The notes beneath the pieces were generated by a model. It had not been told where the DNA came from and searched no databases. It saw only the letters and a program-made list of their open reading frames with translations. Positions 1-13,063 of a DNA stretch of 64,000 nt are shown piece by piece (position 1 is the stretch's first letter; every line of letters starts with the position of its first letter). Position numbers and translations under genes: made by a program. This DNA comes from Amphiscolops sp. MND2022 (lineage: Eukaryota), in assembly GCA_964187785.1 (NCBI GenBank), contig OZ076409.1, positions 54,810,001 to 54,874,000 of the forward strand. Reading direction: 5' to 3'.

Positions 1-287
1 ACAGAATGTAAGTTAATGAATCCCAAAGGGTCCCCCTTTTCATTTTTCGGCACTATGCGACTTTTTCGAATTTTTTTTCAAAAAAAAAATTTCAAAAAAA
101 ATTCAAATTTTATTTTTCCCAGTCGGGAAACAGTGATTTTCCAGTCATATCGAGCATGAAAGGCACACTTTGGGTGTCTCGAAAGTGTTTTCAAAGCTTT
201 TCATGAATACGTCCTGAGCATATTTAGAAAACTTTGCGCTTCTTGAGCCTTAGATATAGCGCCGACTTTAGACGTTCCCGTCTTGTT
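1..287 (+). mobile_element. Partial non-autonomous Helentron/HINE (DINE-1-like) repeat, 3' end
   Basis: Ends GCGCCGACT-tt-AGACGttccCGTCT-TGTT (subterminal IR, small hairpin, T-rich end). Close reverse complement of 2782-3060. Confidence 0.6.
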
Positions 288-699
288 TAAACTCTACGAG
301 ATGAAAAAAATGAAAAAAATTAGTTTAGCCAAAGGTCAAGGAAACTAGATGAGGTTTTCCTATCTGTATTAGATGAAAAATGAAAGTTGAATTAATTGTC
401 CAAGGGTCAAGGAAACTAGATAAGACAAAGGTAGATTTAAATTCTGAGACTCTTCAAGCAGTAGACTCTGCAATTACGCAAAAGGTACTTTCCCATCTGT
501 AAAATCACGTTTTGTGAAGCGTGGACGCTAACGTTGTATTCGAACTAAGTTGCGCTTCACTAAAGAGGAAGGGAAGGTTCGAAAATAATGCGCTTTTAAC
601 GAAGTTTGACAATATCTCCAGACAATACTGCGTTCCACTTAAGGAAAAGGCAGAGGTTTGAAAAAAGCGCTTCCATTTGTGTTCATTTCCTCTCAGAAC

Positions 700-2520
700 C
701 AGGGTTGTGCATAGTATATTTTTTCGTGAATTAAACAATTCTCATTTGTTTCCTTGAAAAAAAACACGTTTTTCCCCAACAATAACATTTGTCGTTTTTC
801 TTACAAAACCATCAATTGTTTATTCAATTGACGATATAATAATGACTGTTTTTGTGCCTTGTCCACTCCAAGTCGTGATCGCAGCGTTCCATATGTCATT
901 CCCATTGTCGAGAAGTGGCGGTCGAGCGACGCACTGCTTGGTGATGCCGAAACCCAACTCTCAGCTATGTCATACAGTCGAGAGTCGAAGCCGAGTCGAA
1001 TTCCTGTGTTCCACCACGAACCTGGAGACGTTTCTAAAAGCTGATTCCAAACAAGGAGGGTGGTTTGCGAGGTATTTTGTTAGCTCCGCTCCAGCTTCTT
1101 CATTGTTTTCTTGGATGTACGCAACAGCGGCCTGTACTTCAGCGGAACAAAGGGCTTCACCGTTGTATCGTGGGTCTAACAGATTGCAGCAAAGAAGACA
1201 CCAGCACGATATTGCTGCTCACGAGTTGAAACCTCAGCTTGACACTCGTGGGGAATGGCGTCTTTTAAATCTCGCCAGATTTCGCAAACATTTCCTAGCA
1301 GGCACTTGTCGCTTTGAACCTTGTTCAGTGCTTCACTCACCGGGCACAGTATTGCAAGTTGGTCAGTTGCGGCCCTCTTAATCGAAACTTCTTCCATGTG
1401 CCTGTATACCTGATCCCTCGGCTTCAAAGTGGAATTCACGACGACTGGATTTTCAGACCAGTAAAGGGTAAAGTACTCAAGAGTCTCCTTCAACGAATTC
1501 CATCGAGTTTCCGTGTACAGTGGAGGACGTGCAAGTTTCTTGGATTGAGGTTATTTTTCCGTTAACACCTTTATTGTTAGCTTTCTGGGCGATGTCTTCT
1601 GCCAAAAGGTTGAGAAGATGTGCCTGAGAGCCATATGTAGGAACACCGGGCACGTTGTAGGCGGCTCGCATCCCGGTATCATTTGCTGCATTATCGGTCA
1701 CAACACTTGTTATTTTAATTCCACAATCCGTTTCACACTCGCGTACCTGGTCGGTCAATAGGGATACTAAATAGGCCGAAGTATGCGATTACCCACTAGT
1801 ATCAAATGTATTGATTAGATAAAATTCACCAGATGCAATGAATGAGATGCCAACAATTGGATCATTAGTCACTTTCGACCAACCATCAAGAGCCAATGTC
1901 GCCTTCAACGATTTCAATTTTCCGACAGTTTTCTTCTTTTCTTCATCAAAGATTTCTTCAAGCAGGGGACCCGCTAACGTTTTTCGAGATGGTATTGCTG
2001 TACCCGGTCTCAATATGTCAAACAGCTTTTTCAACTGACCATTTTCGCTCGCAAGAAATGCAGTGTTGGAAGCTACCAGGTACCGCGACAATTGAAGGTC
2101 GATAGCGTGCTGCTTGTTAGGACCAGTTGAAACCAATCCAAGTGTGGTTTATTTCATTTTCTTTGACGGTCCATCTTCTTCTTCTGCAAGCATCCGAAGC
2201 TTACACTGATTATCCACATGCGCGCAACCAGTGACGCATATCTTGTTCACACAACTTGCACTGAGCTCGCAGGCTTCTATCCCCGTGGATCTCAGCGAAA
2301 TTGTTCCAAATTGCATCCTTCTGTCGCGGCATCATTCACTGTATCTGAAAATCCTCTAAACTTTCACGAAGCATCAGCAAAAATGTTGAATAAAACGCAT
2401 AATAAGCAATTAATTATTGATAAAAACAGGCAATGTAAAAACGAGTTTTTTTCGTGTTTTCAAAACAAGTTTTTTCAGCCGTGTTTAAAACGTTTTTTTT
2501 TTTCATTTCTGCCATCCCTG
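700..2520 (-). mobile_element. Decayed Ac-type hAT DNA transposon
   Basis: Termini CAGGGTTG (700) and CATCCCTG (2513-2520; reverse complement CAGGGATG, like the Ac TIR). 8-bp TSD CTCAGAAC (692-699) / CTCAAAAC (2521-2528), 7/8 match. Transposase remnants inside. Confidence 0.85.
850..2330 (-). pseudogene. hAT transposase pseudogene (stops and frameshifts)
   Basis: Minus-strand fragments in canonical hAT order: LALDGWS (1789-2136), VVTDNAAN and GSQAHLLNL, a degenerate CxxH (1477-1758), then 1176-1493. Ends approximate. Confidence 0.8.
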
Positions 2521-2781
2521 CTCAAAACTATATCTAGTTTGCACCAGAAAAGTGCAAGTCGAAATTACAGCATTTTGGGGCTGAAAATTTTCGCACTTTG
2601 CCTCTAAAAGGATTTTCTGAAAATCGAAAAAAGTGGTGATGAAAAAAGTGGTGAAGGTTTAAATTGCTATCATCAACATCATAAACAGCATCTTGAATCC
2701 TTGTCGGTACGTGAAACAGAACGCTGAAATAACCCAAAACTTGAACCTAAGCAACAAAAACAACGACGTCATTTTCGGAAT

Positions 2782-3384
2782 AACAAGACGGGAACGTCTA
2801 AAGTCGGCGCTATATCTAAGGCTCAAAAAGCTGAGTTTTCTAACTATGCCCAGGATGTATTCATGAAAAGCTTTGAAAACACTTTCGAGACACCCAAAGT
2901 GTGCCTTGCATGCTCGATATGACTGGAAAATCACTTTTCCCGACTCGACTGGAAACTAAATTTTTTTTTGAAAATTTTTTTTGAAAAAACTTCGAAAACG
3001 TCGCATAGTGCCGAAAAATGAAAAGGGGGGACCCTTTGGGATTCATTAACATACTTTTTGTTGCAAAATATCAAAAAATCCGAAGGGGGGACTCTTTTGC
3101 ATAATTAAAAGTTTTCGAAAAAAAAATTCGCACAGTGCCGAAAAAAAATTGAAAGGGGGGACCCTTTGGAGTCTTCCGGTTTTGTAGGTTACGTAAAAAA
3201 GGTAAAAAACGAAAGGGGGGACCCTTTGCAGTAAGTTTGCATTGGTCGAACTAACCTGAGTGAACTTATCAGTTTCTGTAAAAAAGTGGTACATACGCGA
3301 TGAGCTCTGTGGTCTGACGAAAAAAAAACTAGCCACTGTAATAGTCGGGCTTTTTTCCTTAAAGGAAAATGCGCCGACTAAAAA
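2782..3384 (-). mobile_element. Full-length HINE/Helentron-like non-autonomous element
   Basis: On the minus strand it starts TTTTTAGTCGGCGC and ends GCGCCGACT, hairpin AGACG/CGTCT, TGTT. Internal repeated AAAGGGGGGACCCTTTG motifs. No TSD seen. Confidence 0.6.
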
Positions 3385-4229
3385 CCGAAGAACAATGGTT
3401 GGTTCGAAATCGTTGGTGAGATCAAGACTATTTTACGATAAACGTTGTACAAAAACATCACCCATGTATAAACTGGATTTGATGAAACCATTAGAAGCAA
3501 CGTTTCTGGAGTCAACATTTTTTTTCTTTTTTATTTTGCTCTCATGTTAACCAATGTTTTGTCATGTACACTAAAAACAACAAAAAACCTCAAAGTAATT
3601 CTTGCCGAAAGTAATTTTCTTGCTCTTAATCAGAACGATCACCATCAATTTCCTGGAATTGACATATTTCACTAGAGTAATTACGGAAAAATTCGCAAGC
3701 TCCTCCTCTGAAATTCTATTGCTCAAATTTTTTAAAAGAATCTTGTGACCAATCGAATGCCTTTTCCAGATCAATGAAGCATTCCTTTTCGCTCTTTCAT
3801 CTAATTCCAAACGATGTCTTCGCTAAATTTATGCTGTAGTCTGAATTGTTTTAAACTTTTGATGTGAACAGTTCTTCATTTCAATAAGCATTCAAATCTG
3901 GGGACAGTTAAACTACTTCTTTTTCTAACTGTATTCCTAAAAATTGCAGTTCCGTCGGCAATAAGTTACATGATCACAATGAAAGTTGATGAAACCAATA
4001 ATATTGTTACAACTTTCAGTATTTCACTAACATGCAACTAAGGACCAGATTTCTATGTAATCACATAACTTACAAGAGACTCGCATATTTGTTCAAAAGT
4101 TTTAAAAACACCAAATTTCATTATTTGACCAATTTTTCTCAGAATAACAAAACTTGCGAATGGATTGCGTACAAAGCGGACACTTATATTCCTAACAAGC
4201 GTCAGCTTTGCAAATTTCATTTTACCCAG

Positions 4230-5385
4230 TGTCATGCCGACGCATGAATATCCCGAATGATCTTGATTACACTACATCCAGGGAAAGGAATACCATTAGA
4301 CGAAAACACGTTTGTAAACTGAAAGAGAATGTAGTTGAGGAAACTACATCAGGCAAAATAAACTTAAACAACTACATGCATCCACCACATTTTATCCCGA
4401 ACAAACTCCAACCATTTATTAACTAAAACCAGCCCCTTTTCACATATACTTGTAAAATCATTTTCATAACATTTAGTCGATGATATTGTTAATGTACCGT
4501 CATTTGATTTTATTTTACCAATTCCATAACATTTAGTCAATGATGTAGTCAAAATACCATCATTAAGTTTACTTCATCCACTTCGGTATTCACAAGTATA
4601 ATCAGTACCATCACCTAACCAGTTAACTATATGTGTAGCGTCATTAACATTACAGTGCATTACTAAATACATATATAGAGTAAACATATTATTACAGTGC
4701 TATGATGTGCTTATGTTACCATCATTATATTAACGATCATACCAAATTTGAGTCATGTAACCATAGCAACATAATTACACACCATTTCTACATTTCAACA
4801 AATTTAGACGCAAATTGCGCAATTACATACCAAGGTGCGAACGAATATCGTAACGTGATTGGTCGATGTGGTCACGTGACCAGCATCGCCATAATTGACA
4901 CAAAGTGAATTGGCGCTGCCATTGGAAAATAGTTATACCTTGACGTGCAGTTACTAACGACATACCAGAAATTCGCAATAAATCAACTTCATACTTTTGC
5001 TAAAACAAACCTTGTTCAGAACAATAAAATCTTAAAACTCAATTACTCTTAAAAATGGTTAATACTCGATCCCAAGCTAGAAGCTCTATCCCAGTATTTG
5101 TGAGTGGAGTAAGCAGAAATGACCGACTCAGCGACACTGAAAGTGAGTGTAGCGTACCAGACCTCCTATCGAGAGGTCAAATCGACGAACTAGACAGAGG
5201 GAATCTCATCCGTACTGAACAACCTTCCGAACGAATGACAATTGATCAACGATTCTCGAATATGAACAAGCAAATCAGTGAACTTACTGGATTAGTTTTG
5301 GCCTTAACCGATAAGCTATCCTCCAATATTGGAGAAGGGGACAATCAAAACACAGCGTCTGACAAGACCTGTACACGTTCCGACA
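4230..5385 (+). repeat. 5' LTR of element A (1156 bp), contains first 110 gag codons
   Basis: TGTCATGCC...GTTCCGACA, direct repeat of 18355-19510. By eye roughly 25-30 differences (~97-98% identity). Confidence 0.95.
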
Positions 5386-5398
5386 TGGTGACAGGAGT
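5386..5398 (+). promoter_or_regulatory. Primer binding site TGGTGACAGGAGT (tRNA-Leu-like), inside the gag frame
   Basis: Directly follows the LTR's CA. 12/13 match to the complement of the vertebrate tRNA-Leu(CAG) 3' end as I recall it (TGGTGTCAGGAGT). Identical in elements B and C. Confidence 0.85.
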
Positions 5399-6567
5399 CT
5401 CTCCAACCAAATACCTGGCGAACCCACAAACGACACACCAGTCTACATCCAGATACCCTCAACCACCCGCAACGCAGTTCGACGATATCGTCAGCGAAAT
5501 ACACCACCTGAGGGACACAATGACAGATACAGTGCAACATCCCAAAATCTTGCACACACAGGTCCCGCTCTTCAGAGGAAACCGGGAAAAGTATAATTAG
5601 TTTGAACACTTACTGCTCAACCACCTCAGACCTCATCAACACAAACTATCTGAGGAACAGAAGCTCACATATTTTCAAAGCCTGTTGCGAGACGACGCAA
5701 TTGAATTCTGGCAATCATTGAAAATGACAAACCAGACCACACTCGCCCAAGTCCTCCGCTACTTCAAGAAGGAGTACGCAAAAGAAGATCTGAAAGAAGT
5801 AGCGAAATACAAATTCGACCAGATGCGCTACGATCCCACAGCAGAAACATTCAACGACTTCCTAAACAAATTCAAGAAAGTAGCAAAACAAGCATTTGGA
5901 GAAAAATCAAGTGATATAACGGAAACATTTCTGTTTGCTAAACTTCCCGTCCAAATGCAGAACGAATTAGCCATGGCTGGGAAACACGATGCGTCCATGG
6001 AGGAAATAAGGACATTCGTCCAAAGACGATGCCAATATGCTCAGCTCATACCAACTACGACACCACAGGCATTCAACCAAATCAGTGCGCCACCGCCCAA
6101 TGCAGCAGCACCTCAGTCATCTAACTCCCAACCACCCCAAAACCGGGAGACAAAACGAAACTTTGACGGACAATGCCGCCACTGTGGAATCACCGGCCAC
6201 AAATGGGCCGAATGCCGTAAGCGCCTCCGTGAGGAAGCACAAAACAAAGCAACCAACCACAACCAACAACAACCAGCCCAACCCACCAACACCCAGGACG
6301 TCAAGCCCAAATACAACCCCAAATTGGTGTGCCAAATATGTGACAAAGTGGGACACTCCGCCCGAGACTGCTACTACAGAAATACAACGACTTCAGCCTA
6401 CAGAAGTATCCCGTATTCCAAGCAGTAGACAGAGGAAAACAAGCAGTTCTGCCGAGATTTCAGACAAACCAAATCAGGGTCTACAACGCGAACGAACTGC
6501 CCCACGCCACCAACGATGAAACTGACAATGTCGAAGAAACGGAGAGGCACGATGACGTAGAAGACCC

Positions 6568-6574
6568 AAAAAAC
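6568..6574 (+). other. -1 ribosomal frameshift heptamer A AAA AAC (gag-pol, element A)
   Basis: CCA AAA AAC TTC TAG at the gag end. The -1 frame is open from here into the pol ORF at 6772. Confidence 0.75.
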
Positions 6575-9500
6575 TTCTAGAGCCACGTCATCCTCAGCAA
6601 TCATACAAAAGTGCGCTATTAAACCGACAACCACAAACTACGACTCCGACTCGACTACATACTGGAAACAACACGGGGTGGCAGTCCCGTCCTTCAACTT
6701 ACACTAAAGAGACTACAAGCTTCGTCATCACCAGACACTCGACTGACACTTATACCATTAAACCGAAAAAGATGAAGCCAAGACTCGAAGTCAACAACGT
6801 CAATCAGCTTCCCTCCAACAACACAGCCCGCGACCAACCAAATGCTGATACACCAACCGCATCCGTCAAACCACTGAAACCAGTAAAGAAGCCAAAATAC
6901 GAAATACGTCAGTTGAGCGCCACCCTCCAACTCAACAAAAAAGACAGGATGCTATACGTACCACTTCAATTCCGTGCATATGAGAATTTTGGTCTGCTCG
7001 ACACTGGCGCAATTCAGAGTGCCCTCTCAGAAGCCGAACTCCGACGAACCCTTACTGCCCACCCAGCGGCCCTTCTTGAAGAACTCCCAGCCCCGGAGTT
7101 CAAAGTGGAGATTGCTAATGGTAACATTGTACCCGTCAGAAAACAAGTTCTCTTGCGATTTTTCATCGGTGGCAAAATTTTCGAAGAGACATTCATGGTC
7201 CTCCCGACGATGGGGAACATCCTCATAGGAATATCTTTCTTCAAAAAGTACTCCGTCACTTTAGACTTAGCCAATAACATCGTTAAATTCCCGGACATCA
7301 CACTCCAACTACGATCAGTCAACGGGAAATTCAAAAACAAACTATTAGAACTGAAGACCACACAGAAGATAATACTTCAACCCAACCAACAAGTATTCTC
7401 CCCAGTAGTGATTGAACGTGATCTGGGCGACATCACCGTGACAGTCGAAGGATTACCAGCCTTTGAACGACGCACAAACCTACTGGTATCTCCGGCTCTA
7501 AACGAAACCCAGGAGGGCCGGACTCATGTCCAGATCACCAACACGCTAGATTATCAGATGACGATCAATGTGGGCACAGCTGTAGCATCACTCAAAATAC
7601 TAACGCCGAAGCAGGCAACCAACCTACAGCCGATGACCGACCATCAACTGAATCTGATTTCTCAGTACCCAGACGAAGCCGAAGCTGTCCTGAACCAGAT
7701 TTTCCAGGACCCTACCACCAAATCAGACAGACGATGGTATCCTACCCCTGAGACGTGTGACGACCCATCAAAACTGAACAAGATCGAGAAACGAATCTAT
7801 GAGGAGATCGTCAAACTTAGGGAACAGGAGAAACTTGACCCAACGACGAGCGATGAGCAACGGCATGAATTTCTGGCAAACTTTCCGTGGGAACAGTCAA
7901 TACTGAGTCCGCACGAAACACAGCAAGTTGAAGCATTATTGGTTAAGTACCATGACATTTTCGCCAGACATAGATTGGACATCGGAATCAACACTGAATT
8001 CAAGATGAAGTTGACTCCTAAGCACGACGAGCCAGTTTATGCACAGAGTCTGCCTACACCAACGAACTTGAAAGACGACCTCCTAGTTGAGCTGGCGCTG
8101 ATGCAAGAGTACGGCATAATCAAAACATTGCCGTGCAGCAAGTACCGATCACCCATCTTCGCCCAGCGAAAACCGAATGGAAAACTGAGAATACTCGTGG
8201 ACCTTAGGAGGATCAATCATCTGTTGAAGAATGACTACAACCAGCATAACCATCCAGTGACAACGATGGCCGATGCAGCGCAACATATGGCTGGGAAGCG
8301 ATATTTCTGCAAACTGGATTGTTCGCAAGCGTATCACTGCTTGCAGATGGCAGATGAACAATCAATCCAGTTGTTTGCATTCAACTTTGGAAGCAGGACG
8401 TTCGCCTTCCTCAGATTGGCACAAGGATTGAACCGGTCCCTGTCAGCCTTCAATAGTACTGTTCGAGAGTATTTGGACCCCATGGTCAAGGCCGACAAGT
8501 GTGCACAGTACGTTGACGACATCGGCCTTGCAGCCAGCACTGTTGAAGAATTAGTCGACAACATAGAGGCAGTGTTCACCAAAGTCAGACAAGCAGGTCT
8601 CAAACTTTCAATGTCGAAGTGTGCAATCGGTCATCCCGAGATCGAATTCCTTGGCAGAAGCATCACCAGCAAAGGCATCGGGCCCATCGAGAAAAATATT
8701 GACGACTTCCTGAGAAATATCAAATTGCCGACTTCAGTGAAATCACTTCAGCGATACATTGGGTTTGTACAATTCTACCGACAGTACATACCGAGACTAG
8801 CTGAGAAGTTAGTGCCTCTATACAAGTTGTTGCAAAAGGACGTCAAATTCCAACTCACGCAAGTCCACAAAGACGCGATATTCGACATCAACGAGAACTT
8901 GGCGAATGCTGCTAAGATGTCATTGAGGTTACCACTTCCAGACAAACAGTTAGTGATCATGTGCGATGCTAGCGAGCATGCAGCTGGATACGTTCTCTTG
9001 GTTGAAGACTACACTGAGATGAATGACGGATCGACGAAGTCATACGCACCAGTAGCCTTTGGTTCACAAAGGTTTACCGAGGCCCAGATGTCACTCACTA
9101 TGTACGCAATAGAGTTCTTGGCTATGCACTTCGCCTTCGACGAGTTAGCTCATATCTTGAGGGGTGTGAAGAAACCAACCATAGTCATGACGGACAACAA
9201 AGCCCTCACAAGATTCTTTCAGTCAAAGCGGATACCACCCAAGTTGTGGAACTACTGCGACTAAGCCCTCCAATTCGACTTCGTTCTGGCCCACGTCCCT
9301 GGCGTCGAGAATCCAGCAGCCGATTACCTTTCCAGGATCGACATCAATCCAGCAGACAGGATCCACCTCAAGCTGCACGACGAGATACCGGTCTTCAAGG
9401 TGGAAATCAACCTGGCATCCAAGACGCCCAAACAAGACGATGACGAGGAGGAGTACATCCCGGACGACCATGATGTGCCAGATGTCACCACGTCATCGAA

Positions 9501-11501
9501 CCCAACATTACAAACGCTGATGATGATGTTCCCACAACAACACCGCGAAACTGAGGAACATTACAACAGACGTATCGAGGGGATGAGATCTCAGATACAA
9601 CCATTTGTGACGCCCTCTGACCCAGCTCTTCTCTTCAGCCGATTTTACCGACGGGACCAGGTCCACATGGTAAATCAGGTATGCCCTTCGGAGGTTTCAG
9701 AAATTGTTGAGGCTCAAAGCGTAAGTAGTGACGTACAACGAGTAATTAGGATCCTTACTGTCCAAGAAACTCCTCCGAACCATGTGAACTTTGAAAGAAC
9801 CTTTTTTCAAAAACTGTTCAAAAACCGCAAAAGACTTGAGTGGTAAACAACGTCTTGTACAGACAGTTTTTTGATAATGGAGGGCACCTAGCTTACCGGC
9901 AAATTGTAGTTCCTCCAGAAACTACTGAAGCCATAATCAGGACGATGAATGGCGACCCCATGCAGGGACACCCTGGCGCTTCCAAAATGCTAAGTGAACT
10001 AAGAAAAAGGTACTACATCCCAAACCTAACCGAAAAAGTCTAAGTACTTGTAAACAACTGCCAAGAATGTATTAAAGTGAAACCTGCAAAACCGAACACT
10101 CTGATACTTCCACTGGAACCAATTTATGACCCCTGCAACGGTCCTGAAGATGTCCTTGAAATCGATCTCGTAGGTGAGTTACCGCGATCTAATGGGTACT
10201 CACACCTTCTGACGGCATGTGATTATTTTTCGCGCTACCTGTTTGCGATCCCGATCCGCAAACCTGACACGAAGTCTGTCGTCGAATCTCTGCTAGACAT
10301 TTTCACAAAACATGCATAAGTACCGAAACACATTATCACCGTCAAAGGATCTGCCTTCACGTCACAGGTCATAGCCGAATTGATGGACAAAGCCGGAATC
10401 AAAGTCTCTCACGCAACGATTAAACATGCCCAATCCATTGGGATGGTCGAGAGATCACATCAACGCTTGAAACAAATCCTGAAAATAAACGTTTCCGTAG
10501 ATCGACCACAGTGGGACCGATACGTTAATCTCGCTGTGATGGCACACAAAACAACTTACCATCAAACCCTGAAATGTTAACCGACTGAAGTTTTCCACGG
10601 CCGCGTGCCATACAACGCGCTAGATTTGAAATTCAGCAACCCTCTCAACCCGCCTCGAAACGCCGTTGACACGAAGACAATAGTGGATAACTTTAATGCG
10701 AAAGTCAAAGAGGTACACACCAACATAGTCCGTGCTTTCCATAAGTACAAGGCGTACTACGACAGGAAAGCGCAAGCGTCACCCTTAAAAGTAAACGACT
10801 TTGTCTTTTTACTGAACCCTAAAATTGGCAAACAATCCGAAAAAATCCCTTTCAAATGGGAAGGGCCTTACAAAATTGTCAAAGCCTTGACTCAATCGAA
10901 TTATATTGTCAGAAAAGTTGATACATTCAGAACGCAGTGTGTACATAGAATGCGGCTCCGCCCATTTGTACCACACGATCCGATTGAAGATATACACGAC
11001 GATGCATCCCGACACTGTAGTGACCCTGACGCAATTGACGATCAGTCAATATTCAACGACAATCTGCCTGAACTCGAAACGCCACCGTCGGCTGAAAACA
11101 CAGTGGAACTAGACACAAACGAGACTGACACAATCGATTCTGAGCATGGAACAATCTATTACGAACACAAAAGGGTTCACGAGGTACCACCTCTGTATAA
11201 CCCTCTACCTGAGACCGTTCACACTGAACGTGCGTACCGATCTGAAGCTGAAAATCAATCTGATGAAATAGACATACCGTCTCCTGATCATGAGCCTGAA
11301 CAACGCATCCAGCCAAATAATGATGCGGCATCGACCACATCATCTGCCGAAACTTCCCAGCCAATTACACGAAATAACATTACCCGATACAGCCTTCGCG
11401 AGGCACCCGTGCCTAAAACGTTTGACAATTTTCTTGTTCATGAACTGCAAGCAAAGCCCGCACTCTTAAAAATCATGCAACGCAAATCTGCAAACCAATA
11501 G
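6574..11501 (+). pseudogene. pol: pol of element A (protease, RT, RNase H, integrase), disrupted
   Basis: LLDTGA protease, YVDD RT, CDAS RNase H, GHPG..CxxC integrase Zn motif, IDLVG core, WEGPY. Stops at 9262, 10041, 10317, 10578 and a frameshift near 9843. Confidence 0.95.
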
Positions 11502-13063
11502 AAAAAACACATGCAATCAATACAATGTAGTTTACTCCACCACATGCAACTATTATACCATCGAATTCTTCTAATTACTCTCCACCATTCATTGACGACT
11601 GATGCTTACTGTCCTACATAAAAAAAATTTACCGGCAGAGTAAAGTATTACTCTCTACCGAGACAGCCGAGCACGAAAGTAAATACATGTAATGTAGTCA
11701 TATACACCACATCACTCCAACCGGAAATTGTTAAGTACATGTAAATCACATGTAAACGAGCTACTAAATTATGCAATTCACAAAAATTTTCAACCACACA
11801 AATTCAAAGGAATTACTCTGCAATTCTGCGCCCACTAACCCTGAATCAATTAAACTAAACTGTTTTTAAACACGTCACAGTCCACAGTTGAGAATGTAAA
11901 AGAAACCGCTGACCCGTTTAAGTAACGTTGCCAAAATCTAGACTCACACTTCCGCCCTGACAAACCATGATGTGGTTCGGCTGTGTGGGTGCGTCATCAA
12001 AAGCGCGTCTGTGTGGTTGTGCAAACATTCAGATGAAGCTTGCTCTTTAGCAAGTGGATTCGGTGTTAGTTTTGTATGGGTTTTTGCGACGGCAAGAACC
12101 TTCCCAATCAACGAAAACAAGAACATTTTCCTTGGACAGTAACATGCAGTCGTCACCCTCATTAGACTTTAAGCCGTGACGCTGTTGTTCTTACTGGTAA
12201 TTCGTAGGCTTCGCCTCGTGTCAGAAAGAACACCGGTACAATATACATGTAGTCATTATCACCTCATGATCGAAATTCGGAACAAGAGATGGATCACACC
12301 ACCCCTTGCCAAAAAGTGTAATGGACATGGGGAAACCCATTTTCCATTAAACTGACGTTAACATTTGACACACGTCACGAGTGATGACGTCTCATGACAC
12401 ACATCAGCGTTGACGACGTCAGAACTTTTACAACTAAAATAATATATGTAAAATGCAAAATGATTGACACCTTAGAATGACACCTACGTTATCAAACACG
12501 TGTTAAAACATACGCACTTAGAGTATATATAGCATGCAAGATATTAGTTCGATCATTGGGAAGGAGCGGTGCAGCTCCGTTCATTCACCTTGGTGTAACC
12601 ACAGGGCGTCAATACCACTTTCCGAGACCTGTGGGTGAACCTCCGTGAATGAAACTCTGTCTAAAGTGGTGGCTACGCAAGTAACCACCATGCAATCTCA
12701 CTGGAACGTAAAACAACTCTACTCAGCTTCCCGACAAATTGAAACAAGCTAACGAAGCTCACATGTAAAAAATTTGTATAACGTAAGCAACATGTAAATT
12801 AACCGTCATCCCAAGCATAAAATTCAAGACGATCAGCAAAAAAGGGGACGTAGTCAGCGCTACTAAATACATGTAAAACACATGTAAAGCCTTCAATCAT
12901 CAAGTGTCACCATGTAAATCATCAAGCATCTGGTGAGAGTATAACTCTAACAAAAAAAAAGAAAAACAAAGAATGAAGGGCAATACATACAGAACACAAT
13001 ACCAAACCAATGCAAATACATCAGTCAAAAGTTTGATAAGAACACATACAGAGTTTGCTCTCC

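Larger units (their letters stand above)
5055..6580 (+). pseudogene. gag: gag of element A (CCHC zinc knuckles), disrupted
   Basis: MVNTRSQ start, capsid-like region, knuckles CRHCGITGHKWAEC and CQICDKVGHSARDC. In-frame stops at 5598-5600 and 6426-6428, plus a frameshift before the natural end (PKNF*). Confidence 0.9.

Noticed and set aside
3571..3810. 79-aa minus-strand ORF
   Set aside because: No recognisable domain or supporting context.
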